A stretch of DNA of 64,000 bases from an uncultured cyanobacterium (GTDB taxonomy: Bacteria > Cyanobacteriota > Cyanobacteriia > Leptolyngbyales > Leptolyngbyaceae). The notes under the pieces were generated by a model that was given only the letters and a program-made list of their open reading frames with translations, was not told the origin of the DNA and made no database searches. The stretch lies in contig CAVYAN010000053.1 of the NCBI GenBank assembly GCA_963766075.1, forward strand, positions 1-64,000. The letters run 5' to 3'. Both the position numbers and the translations under genes were made by a program. The number at the start of each line of letters is the position of its first letter. Position 1 is the first letter of the stretch. Of the stretch, positions 17,005-24,999 are shown piece after piece.

Positions 17005-18390
17005 TTAGTTTCTCCTGGCAAGGTTGCGAAATTGGGTAAATTGGGATTCAAACAGCAATTTAACGGTACCGACAGGACCATTCCTGTGTTTTGTGATGAT
17101 CAATTCTGCAATGCCCCGGTCTGGGGTATCGGGGTGATAGTACTCATCCCGATAGAGCATCATGATCAAGTCTGCATCCTGCTCAATTGAGCCGGATTCC
17201 CGTAGGTCGGACATCATGGGGCGCTTATTGGTTCGCGTTTCTACAGCTCTACTGAGCTGCGAAAGTGCGACGATAGGCACCTTTAATGCCCGCGCCAAAG
17301 ACTTAAGCGATCGCGTGATCTTCGATAGCTCTTGCACGCGGTTCTCCCCCCCCTTGGCATCCCCCTGGATTAACTGAAGGTAGTCAATTACGATCAAATC
17401 CAGGTGACCAAATTCTGATACGTGACGGCGGCAGGTAGAAGCGATGTGATTGCATGTAGGATTCGGGAAATCATCAACCCAGAACGGTAGGGTTGCAACT
17501 TGGGACAGGGTATGCCCCAAGGGTTCCCACTCCTGAGCGGCGATCTGACCTTCTCGTAATCTGCCGCTGTCCACTCGCGCCCTGCTGGCAATCATCCGGG
17601 TTAGAATTTGTTCCCGATCCATTTCCAAAGAAAACAGAAGCACGTTGCGCCCACCGATCGCTACACTTTCAGCGACGTTGGTGGCAAAAGCGCTTTTGCC
17701 CATAGCAGGGCGGGCGGCTACGATAATCAGGTCTGAGCGCTGAAAGCCTTTCGTCATGCTGTCCAGGTCGTAAAATCCGGTTGCAATCCCCGGTTTGATT
17801 AGACCCTCTTGCACCTCTTCAATCCGGTTGAAGACGGCGATCGCAATATCCCCAGCCTTGGCTAGAGTGCCCTGGGTCTGGGTCTGCTGAGTAACGGTAA
17901 AAATTGCCTGCTCTGCCTGATTGCAGAGATCTGGTAATTCTTCTTGACTGTAGCCAGTGGCTACAATCTGGTGACCCGCTTGGATAATTTGGCGGCGGTG
18001 CCACTTATCCACGATCATTTCGGCGTAAAGATCGACGTTCACGGCGCTAACCGTGTTGGCAACCAGGTTCATGATCACCGATTGCCCGCCGATCTTTTCC
18101 AGTGTTGCTGATTCCCTGAGCTGGGTGAGCACTGCAACCGGATCGACCATCTTATGGGCTGTATGCACAGCCAGAATCGCTTGAAAAATTAACCGATTTG
18201 AGGACAGGTAGAAAGCTTCTGGCGGCAACTTGTCCAGAATTCTGGCGATCGCCTCTGGATCAATCAGCAATCCGCCGAGGATTGCAATTTCCGCCTCTAC
18301 GCTATGGGGCGGAGTCTTTTCAGCAAACGCCAAACCAAAGGGGATGACTTGCCCGGTTGACTGAGTTGGAGGGGAAACCCTAGCTTCCAT
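17005..18390 (-). CDS. dnaB: replicative DNA helicase
   Basis: AARPAMGKS Walker A, VIDYLQL, LSQLSR, DLRESGSIEQDAD, KHRNGPVG. Confidence 0.98.
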   Translation of the reverse strand: MEARVSPPTQSTGQVIPFGLAFAEKTPPHSVEAEIAILGGLLIDPEAIARILDKLPPEAFYLSSNRLIFQAILAVHTAHKMVDPVAVLTQLRESATLEKIGGQSVIMNLVANTVSAVNVDLYAEMIVDKWHRRQIIQAGHQIVATGYSQEELPDLCNQAEQAIFTVTQQTQTQGTLAKAGDIAIAVFNRIEEVQEGLIKPGIATGFYDLDSMTKGFQRSDLIIVAARPAMGKSAFATNVAESVAIGGRNVLLFSLEMDREQILTRMIASRARVDSGRLREGQIAAQEWEPLGHTLSQVATLPFWVDDFPNPTCNHIASTCRRHVSEFGHLDLIVIDYLQLIQGDAKGGENRVQELSKITRSLKSLARALKVPIVALSQLSRAVETRTNKRPMMSDLRESGSIEQDADLIMMLYRDEYYHPDTPDRGIAELIITKHRNGPVGTVKLLFESQFTQFRNLARRN

Positions 18391-19558
18391 ACTGAACCCC
18401 TCCCATCAAAATCTGGCGAGCAGCCCTGCGAGCTGCGGCCACATCCGATGATGAGGAAAGGGGGGGATTATCTGGCGGTGGGTCACTAAACCGTGGGTCA
18501 CTAAACCGTGAGCCAACAGCCTCACGCCTTTGGATGATTTGGGATGCATGATCCCAATAATCCAAAAGGTCTTGCCGTGCTTTGAGCGCTTCGGTCCCGT
18601 AATTATTGCGGGCCGCGCCTTCCAGTCGCCGCAAGTGCTTAGATATTGCGACTTTGTTTACATTACCGTTCGGCAACGTGAAACCCGGCAACCCGCTCAT
18701 GATTTCGTAAACGGCTTCAACCATTTCAATATTGAAGCTCATAACCCCACTTCTCCAGGGGGCTTTTTCTAAGTCCCAAAACTGCGACTTGATATTTTCC
18801 TGGCTCGGAATTATTTCCGGTCTTTGATCGCTGTTTTGGGGCGGCTCTAATACGGGTGCAACCTGTTGGGGGTTAGATATATCCATTGGGGTATTGTCCG
18901 TTGGTTTTTGAGGGTGTTTTGTTGGGCTTATGGCATCGCCCGCTGTAGGGCTGCTATCAGGATCTACGCGATCGCGGCTCGGATCATCCCGCGATCGCGT
19001 AGCGATAGGGGGGGGATCTGGAGCGGCTAAATCCGGCTCCTGCACTGGTTCCTCTACTGATCCCAATACTGTAGATACTGTATATATAGAGGCGTTGGTA
19101 AATTTACCAAGGTGGGTTGGTAAATTTACCAAGGTAGGGTTGGTAAATTTACCAAGGGGGTCGGCATTTTTACCAGGGGGGGGGTCGGTAAATTTACCAA
19201 GGTCATCCAGTAGATTTTTCCGGTTAAGGAAATAGACTTTTGCGGCACCATCCGCTTTGCTTCCCTTAGCGGAAATGTAGCTTTTATCCTGCAAGATTTT
19301 AAGTTTTTGCCGGATCGTTTTTTCCCCAGAGATGCCAACTAACATTTCTACGATTTCGGCAATGCTGTGTGCTCCTACTGGAATCACAGCCTTTTCAGTC
19401 AGTTTTGGGTTTAAGGCGATCGCACCGTTGGCCCAGTACTCGAAAAGCCCTAGCAGTGCGGCGGCTACGGTATCTTTGTTCATCAATTCCCAGTAATCCA
19501 GGTGGACTACTGCTATCCGGTCGTTCGCCCTGTGGGCTATGCATGATGTCCTAGCCAT
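18380..19558 (-). CDS. phage replication initiator
   Basis: N-terminal wHTH-like region, internal iterons, low-complexity linker, immediately upstream of dnaB. Confidence 0.75.
   Translation of the reverse strand: MARTSCIAHRANDRIAVVHLDYWELMNKDTVAAALLGLFEYWANGAIALNPKLTEKAVIPVGAHSIAEIVEMLVGISGEKTIRQKLKILQDKSYISAKGSKADGAAKVYFLNRKNLLDDLGKFTDPPPGKNADPLGKFTNPTLVNLPTHLGKFTNASIYTVSTVLGSVEEPVQEPDLAAPDPPPIATRSRDDPSRDRVDPDSSPTAGDAISPTKHPQKPTDNTPMDISNPQQVAPVLEPPQNSDQRPEIIPSQENIKSQFWDLEKAPWRSGVMSFNIEMVEAVYEIMSGLPGFTLPNGNVNKVAISKHLRRLEGAARNNYGTEALKARQDLLDYWDHASQIIQRREAVGSRFSDPRFSDPPPDNPPLSSSSDVAAARRAARQILMGGVQYGS
19095..19200. repeat. putative replication origin iterons
   Basis: TTGGTAAATTTACCAA at 19095, 19117, 19140; variants at 19161 and 19185. 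Confidence 0.85.
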
Positions 19559-19951
19559 TTACAAAGAAGCTCTGTCTATTAGTTCGCTCAGTAGTTTTGC
19601 TTGAATTGATAATTCAACAATGCGATCGCGGCGATCGCATTGTTGAATCCATTCGATGTGCTGACTGCCCCCCGGTTTACCAATCAATCGCTGACGGCGT
19701 TTCCCGTCTATCTCCCAGCAAAGTCGCACATAGTGATAAACTTTTTGCCGCTTCTCTTGCTGGATTTCTAAAACCCAATAACCTGTAGGCGCTACTTGCC
19801 CTTCAGATCGGATTGCCGAGATTTGATTTTGCAGCTCGTTTAGTGCGGCTTGCAGCAGTTGAACATAGCTTTGCTTTTCTGCCACTCTTGAATTAACAAG
19901 CCTCAATGGCTTGCTCAGTGGCATCACTGGCACTGCGGCGGCAGTCATCAT
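19559..19951 (-). CDS. hypothetical protein
   Basis: 130 aa, coupled to neighbours; VAPTGYW...YHYVRL. Confidence 0.7.
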   Translation of the reverse strand: MMTAAAVPVMPLSKPLRLVNSRVAEKQSYVQLLQAALNELQNQISAIRSEGQVAPTGYWVLEIQQEKRQKVYHYVRLCWEIDGKRRQRLIGKPGGSQHIEWIQQCDRRDRIVELSIQAKLLSELIDRASL

Positions 19952-20148
19952 CCCACCAGCCTGTCTTGTGATTGACCTTTAACCACAGTTAAACTAGAAA
20001 CCGTGCGATCCTCTCCCAACCGAATTGTTACCGTCATTTCGCATCCCGCCTCCCTCGCCTGCCTGTAGCAGGACCGGAGATGCCGAACCAGGGCGTGAAG
20101 GGCTTTAGGCACCCTGATCTGCCGCATTTCATCGCTGTTTTCCAACAT
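19948..20148 (-). CDS. small DNA-binding-like protein, first gene of leftward arm
   Basis: RQIRVPKALHALV; GGAAGG RBS. Confidence 0.55.
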   Translation of the reverse strand: MLENSDEMRQIRVPKALHALVRHLRSCYRQAREAGCEMTVTIRLGEDRTVSSLTVVKGQSQDRLVG

Positions 20149-20199
20149 TTTTCCTTCCGTATGCTTGGTTTTGGTGTGTCTTTTAGGCTTAACTCCGCC

Positions 20200-20285
20200 T
20201 TAACTATCTACTAGATAACACTCGGTGATTACACTTGTCAACAAACATCCCAACCTGTTAACAGGATTAATCACTGAGTTACTAT
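20200..20285. promoter_or_regulatory. divergent control region with palindromes
   Basis: TATCTACTAGATA, CCTGTTAACAGG and imperfect ACTCGGTGATTA/TAATCACTGAGT between divergent arms. Confidence 0.5.
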
Positions 20286-20311
20286 TGATGAGTAGTTTTT
20301 GCATGATTTTT

Positions 20312-20758
20312 ATGGCAAACCGCTTTTGGGTAACGGTATTAGGGTTTGGGGTGATTGCGGCGTTAAGCCGTGGTGGCCCAGCTTGGGGCCGGGATGAAAA
20401 TACCATAGTTGGTCGGGTAATCTTACCGGGGAATTACTTAGGTTTGCCCGGTGAAGACTGCCCTAGAAGTAAAAGGTATCCAGATTTGCAAAATGGTGGA
20501 ACGGTCTGGGCGGGAGACGAAACAGGGGAACTTATTGGGCAGGGTTTGCTGCTCCCAGCCTCAAACGTTCCAGTGCTGAACACTCTACAGGTGATAGAGC
20601 GATCGCCCAGATTGATGCAGTGTCACGCCCTGTTTTTAATCAAAGTACCCGACGCTGAAACCTACCTCCTTCAGGTTGTTAGCCCCGATTTGATAACCTC
20701 AGTAACCAGTGAGGATCTGGCAAAAAACAAGTGGCGACTGATAATCTTTGCTAAATAG
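20312..20758 (+). CDS. secreted/periplasmic hypothetical protein
   Basis: Signal-peptide-like MANRFWVTVLGFGVIAAL...AWG; two Cys. Confidence 0.65.
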   Translation: MANRFWVTVLGFGVIAALSRGGPAWGRDENTIVGRVILPGNYLGLPGEDCPRSKRYPDLQNGGTVWAGDETGELIGQGLLLPASNVPVLNTLQVIERSPRLMQCHALFLIKVPDAETYLLQVVSPDLITSVTSEDLAKNKWRLIIFAK

Positions 20759-20821
20759 TAGCATACTGCAATGGTATTGTGTTACTGTTGCAGTGTTGTT
20801 AATCAGAGTACGTTAGGGGAT

Positions 20822-21367
20822 ATGCCAAGAACCTTAAACCTTGAAAGTCCATGGGCGGAAATCATCGGCAAAGCAAGGGTTGATGCCGTAGAGTCTCTTT
20901 CAACGAGGCTCCTAGTTATTGAAAAAGACTGCCTCGCGATCGGCCTAACACCGCACGCCAAGGCGATTGAAAACATCGTTGCCGCATCGGATGCGGGGTG
21001 GCAGATTGTTACCATTTACAACGACCTCGGGCGAAACACGGTTGATGCAATTATTGATGCCCGTCAGCTTTTGCGGGTTTTGAATTGCGTTGGTGCAGCT
21101 TACTTCTGCTGCGATCCAGAAGGTCTTTACTGCTGGGATGTCCGTCAAACCCCAGGGTTTCAGGTTGTTATTAATGCTTACTCATTGGGCTACAAGAAAG
21201 AACCCCCGCCCTTTGGATTCCTGGCTCCAGAACCGGGAATGATTCAGGCTGCTGGGTATCACGTTCAGCCCGATGAAATTCTTTTCGTTGGAACGGATCC
21301 CGAAGTCGCACGCCGCGCCCGTGTCAAATTTATTGACGGTACTGATTGGAAGCAACCGATTAGCTGA
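20822..21367 (+). CDS. degenerate HAD-IIIA hydrolase-like protein
   Basis: APEPGMI...ILFVG.D...ARRARVKFI; no clear DxD motif I. Confidence 0.55.
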   Translation: MPRTLNLESPWAEIIGKARVDAVESLSTRLLVIEKDCLAIGLTPHAKAIENIVAASDAGWQIVTIYNDLGRNTVDAIIDARQLLRVLNCVGAAYFCCDPEGLYCWDVRQTPGFQVVINAYSLGYKKEPPPFGFLAPEPGMIQAAGYHVQPDEILFVGTDPEVARRARVKFIDGTDWKQPIS

Positions 21368-21413
21368 TGGATTAGGAAATCGATAAGCAACTTAACTAGC
21401 AAGAGGCAAACAG

Positions 21414-22268
21414 ATGTACGTTGTATTGATGATGGGAATCCCTGGCAGTGGGAAGACAACTCGCGCCAAAGAATTGGTGGCCTCTCATGGGCTACTACGA
21501 GTTAACAAAGATGATATTAGGGCAATGATGGGCCTACCCTACTCCCCAGAAACCGAGAAGATTGTTAGATCTGCTCATTCACAGGCGATCGTTGCAGCCT
21601 TAAGGAATGGTTTTTCTGTCGTTATTGATGATACGGGAAACCTAAAAGAACGCACCCGAAAAGAGATTCAATCGCTGATCAGGACGGTTGAAAACTCAAA
21701 CCCTGAACACGGGGAAATTGAAATGCTCCTCAATGAGGAGTGTCTAAAAACTCCCATTGAAGAGTGCATTAAACGGGACTTACAGCGCCCCAACTCAGTG
21801 GGTGAAGTAGTTGTCCGCCATTGGGCAGATCGCTATCTACCCAAGCCCCCGGCATACCAGCATAACCCAGGTCTAAAGTCCGCGATCGTTGTGGACATTG
21901 ACAACTGCTTGGCCATAATGGGCGATCGCGATCCACTCAATCCATGCGCAGCCATTAACGATAAAGTTAATCCACCTATCGCCCATCTGCTCAAAGCTAT
22001 TGACGGCGATGTAATTCTACTCACGGGCCGCGAAGAATCTGGCCGCGCAGTGCTGGAAGAATGGCTAGATAAAAACTTTATCGTTCACTCTGGCATCATT
22101 TTTATGCGCCCAAATGGCGATCGCACGATTGCACACGAATTCAAAAAGCGAGTGCTTCAAGATCGAATCCTCCCTGAATGGAATGTGGAACTCGTTGTAG
22201 ATGACGATTCACAATTTATCAAAGTGTGCAAGAACCTGGGAATTCCCTCACTAGAGGTGAACCTATGA
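21414..22268 (+). CDS. polynucleotide 5'-kinase/3'-phosphatase (T4 PseT-like)
   Basis: GIPGSGKTT and NKDDIR kinase domain; VVDIDN, LTGRE, MRPNGD, VDDD phosphatase domain. Confidence 0.9.
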   Translation: MYVVLMMGIPGSGKTTRAKELVASHGLLRVNKDDIRAMMGLPYSPETEKIVRSAHSQAIVAALRNGFSVVIDDTGNLKERTRKEIQSLIRTVENSNPEHGEIEMLLNEECLKTPIEECIKRDLQRPNSVGEVVVRHWADRYLPKPPAYQHNPGLKSAIVVDIDNCLAIMGDRDPLNPCAAINDKVNPPIAHLLKAIDGDVILLTGREESGRAVLEEWLDKNFIVHSGIIFMRPNGDRTIAHEFKKRVLQDRILPEWNVELVVDDDSQFIKVCKNLGIPSLEVNL

Positions 22269-22456
22269 GCCAGGTTTTGAACCCGTCCAGCGATCGCAGG
22301 TTTCTTGTATCAGAACAGGGCAAGAAGCGGTATTTCAAGCATAAGGTAAGCGCCCAAATGGCTTACCAGTGTGGCAAGGGTTATGTAAGCCTTTGGAGTG
22401 CTGCCGGGTCCGGCTGGCACCTTGAGAACAGCAAGGGGGGACCGATAAACGTATGA
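22265..22456 (+). CDS. hypothetical protein
   Basis: ATGA-coupled, GAGG RBS. Confidence 0.55.
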   Translation: MSQVLNPSSDRRFLVSEQGKKRYFKHKVSAQMAYQCGKGYVSLWSAAGSGWHLENSKGGPINV

Positions 22457-22947
22457 AGCCGTTAAAATTTGGAACACGATTTGAAGTGGTTGTGTCCGCA
22501 GGTCTAGTCGTTGAAATCTACGGAATTTTAGAAGAGTGGCTAGATCAACTTGCCAAAAATTCTGAAAGAGGCGTGGTTGACGGTGAAAAAGCAGTCTTTG
22601 CGATCGCGGTAAAAATCATAACCACCCTGGCAGATCAGTTTTTAGTAGAACCATCAAAACCCGATTCAGTGACCAGTGCAGTAAGTTTTTCACACTCCTG
22701 CTGTCGGTCAAGCTCGGTTGCAGTTGGGCACAATCCCCGGTATGGCCCTGTCTATCGGTGTGGCCATTGCAAAAACTATTGGGCAATTAACTCGAATCGC
22801 TTATGGGAAGAAGTTAACGACGGACCTACCGATCCAGACATGGGGTTGTCACAGGTTTTCTTTGGTTCCGGCGAACTCGGTTTAGGTAATGCCCTGGCTC
22901 TGGGTTCCCAGTTTGGGGCGATGCTTTTACAGGTAGACTTGGGATGA
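22453..22947 (+). CDS. hypothetical protein with possible zinc ribbon
   Basis: HSCC...YRCGHC. Confidence 0.6.
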   Translation: MKPLKFGTRFEVVVSAGLVVEIYGILEEWLDQLAKNSERGVVDGEKAVFAIAVKIITTLADQFLVEPSKPDSVTSAVSFSHSCCRSSSVAVGHNPRYGPVYRCGHCKNYWAINSNRLWEEVNDGPTDPDMGLSQVFFGSGELGLGNALALGSQFGAMLLQVDLG

Positions 22948-23228
22948 ATACAGAACCGCTGATCAAAATCCAAACCGCTATAACGGACATCTTATCTGAG
23001 GATCCTAATCAGATCCGCCGATGGCTTCCCCTGCACTTTAACCGGGCGATCGCGATCGTCCGATTGTTGGAGGACGGGAAGCCGCGAACCGCCCGAGAGA
23101 TCTCAGACGCTCTTGAGTTATCGCACGGAATTACCGTGCAAATCCTTAACGCAGTTTTGAAAGGGTACGAACCCCTAACTCAGTCAGGAAATAAGCCCAA
23201 GTTTTGGAGCATCAACAAAACGGAATAA
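22944..23228 (+). CDS. winged HTH protein
   Basis: LLEDGKPRTAREISDALEL...SGNKPKFWSI. Confidence 0.7.
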   Translation: MNTEPLIKIQTAITDILSEDPNQIRRWLPLHFNRAIAIVRLLEDGKPRTAREISDALELSHGITVQILNAVLKGYEPLTQSGNKPKFWSINKTE

Positions 23229-23230
23229 CC

Positions 23231-24079
23231 ATGACAGACTCAAACCAACAACCCGATTTAACCGATTTGATCAACCAAATGCACGCGATTAACTCGCAGC
23301 TTAAGCAAATCAAAAACCTGCTAGAACCCAAGGATCTGGGATTCTGCGAAAGCCCCTATGTACGGCGTTTGTACTGCAATACTCAGTACAGCAATCCCGA
23401 TGGTACAGGGTGCCTCTACACCTGGAATGGAGCTATAAATAAACCTGAAATCATTCCTCAAACAGCAATTCGATTTCTGTTGAAAAAAGTGGAAATCGAA
23501 CCCGGTGAATACAAAGGCAAAGACAACACAAAATTAATTCTCGTAATTGATGCGGGGATTCACTACAGATTAACGATGACACTAGCCAGAACCACTGCTA
23601 AGTGTGCTCTGGGTGGACTAACGATCGCCGATCTGAATCAGGCAATTACATTCTCTTTTCGTGCAGGCGATCGCGAGGAAAACGCCCTGATCTGCGACGT
23701 ATGGCAAAACGGTGAAAGATTGTTCTTTGAAAACCCTGAAAAGCTATCAACAGATCGTCTGATTCAGTCGATCGCTGAAAGGCTGAATCAGACCGAAATA
23801 ATTGCCAAACCTGAACCCGAGCTTAAACCTGAACAGCCAACCCCGCCATCTGGGGAAATTCCTCAGATCTCAGAACCCGCAGAGTTGGCAGACTTGTCAG
23901 ACCTGATAGCCAAAATTTCGGTATTGATGGAAGCGGTTCACTGGTCGCCGAACCGGGGAAGATCGCACATCCTTACCATGTATGGGAAAAAGACCAGGGC
24001 GGAACTATCGCACACCCAGTTAACCGAGTTCGCTAAACACCTAGAGAACTTGCGGGACAACCCGCCAGAACTCCCCTAG
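23231..24079 (+). CDS. hypothetical protein (possible ssDNA-binding/recombination)
   Basis: Beta-rich core, Pro-rich linker, C-terminal YGKKTRAELSHTQL helical module. Confidence 0.7.
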   Translation: MTDSNQQPDLTDLINQMHAINSQLKQIKNLLEPKDLGFCESPYVRRLYCNTQYSNPDGTGCLYTWNGAINKPEIIPQTAIRFLLKKVEIEPGEYKGKDNTKLILVIDAGIHYRLTMTLARTTAKCALGGLTIADLNQAITFSFRAGDREENALICDVWQNGERLFFENPEKLSTDRLIQSIAERLNQTEIIAKPEPELKPEQPTPPSGEIPQISEPAELADLSDLIAKISVLMEAVHWSPNRGRSHILTMYGKKTRAELSHTQLTEFAKHLENLRDNPPELP

Positions 24080-24081
24080 GA

Positions 24082-24119
24082 CCGTTCTCACCCGTTTAGC
24101 GATCAACCAATGAGAACGG
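24082..24119. repeat. GTTCTCACCCGT-family hairpin, copy 1
   Basis: CCGTTCTCA(CCCGTTT)...TGAGAACGG between convergent genes. Confidence 0.75.
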
Positions 24120-24120
24120 G

Positions 24121-24549
24121 CTAAATAGCAGCAACAGCACCAAAAAAGTCGAATACCTTGGGAACCCCACCCTCAACCGCGATCGGCGTGGTAAAGGTGG
24201 CAAGTCCAATCAGCGTCCCCAGGGTTGAGCCGGGAGATGAGGATCCCCCGGCTACAACAAATGCCTGCTTAATGGACAGGTTAGTTGATGATGATATTGT
24301 CCAAAATACATCCGTGGACTCCCATTGCCCCGTGTCGATATTCCACGCCCCGTTGGTTGGGGGTTCTGCGCCTAATCGGCTCCAACCTACGGGGCCGTAC
24401 TCAGCCAGGGCGATCGCCTCGTAATTGGCATCGGTTGCAACCTCATCGCCTTCCAAGATAATGGCCAAGTAAAGGCCACTTTCTAGGACGGCTTTTTGCA
24501 TGGCCCATCCTAAAAACTGCTGACTAACCACTAGATTTGCTGTTGGCAT
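24121..24549 (-). CDS. tail-associated structural protein (paralog of 24549..24992)
   Basis: MPTANLVV...GDEV...AEY...GW.R...SIKQ.F...G.TPG.T.GT..GL.TFTTPI shared with neighbour. Confidence 0.75.
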   Translation of the reverse strand: MPTANLVVSQQFLGWAMQKAVLESGLYLAIILEGDEVATDANYEAIALAEYGPVGWSRLGAEPPTNGAWNIDTGQWESTDVFWTISSSTNLSIKQAFVVAGGSSSPGSTLGTLIGLATFTTPIAVEGGVPKVFDFFGAVAAI

Positions 24550-24992
24550 TAGACCTCCGCAAAGATTGAAAGGGCGCATTCAATTTGAGTCGTTTCCCCG
24601 TCAGGGACAGAGATCGGCGTGGTAAAGGTACTTAATCCGGTAAAGGTTCCGGTTGTATTTCCGGGAGTCGTGCTGCCGTCAATGATGATGAAAAACTGCT
24701 TGATTGAGATCCCGCCCGTGGGTCCAACAACATCCCAGCTAATCGTAGGCACATCAAATTCTGAGTTTGAGGCATCCCATGCCCCCGAAGTTGAAAAGGA
24801 TATTGTTGGCCGCAGCCAGCCGCCCGCTGCATACTCTGCGGCGATCGCATCATTGGGTGCTGTGTAATGGATTGTCGGGGACACCTCATCCCCATCTAGG
24901 ATAAGGCCGAGCCGCAGATCCTTTCCCTCAAGGGCTAATCCCACGACATAATCAGAAAAAGCGGGTCCAATCAGAAGGTTTGCTGTTGCCAT
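24549..24992 (-). CDS. tail-associated structural protein
   Basis: Follows J-like gene; tandem paralog. Confidence 0.75.
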   Translation of the reverse strand: MATANLLIGPAFSDYVVGLALEGKDLRLGLILDGDEVSPTIHYTAPNDAIAAEYAAGGWLRPTISFSTSGAWDASNSEFDVPTISWDVVGPTGGISIKQFFIIIDGSTTPGNTTGTFTGLSTFTTPISVPDGETTQIECALSIFAEV

Positions 24993-24999
24993 AGTGCTC

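Noticed and set aside
17005..18390. Intein in DnaB
   Set aside because: 461-aa length and uninterrupted LRESGSIEQDAD show the usual insertion site is empty
18479..18511. 15-bp tandem duplication (RFSDP twice)
   Set aside because: Small in-frame duplication in a low-complexity tail; no functional evidence
19095..19200. Palindromic repeats as mini-CRISPR
   Set aside because: Spacers only 5-8 bp; location within the initiator fits iterons
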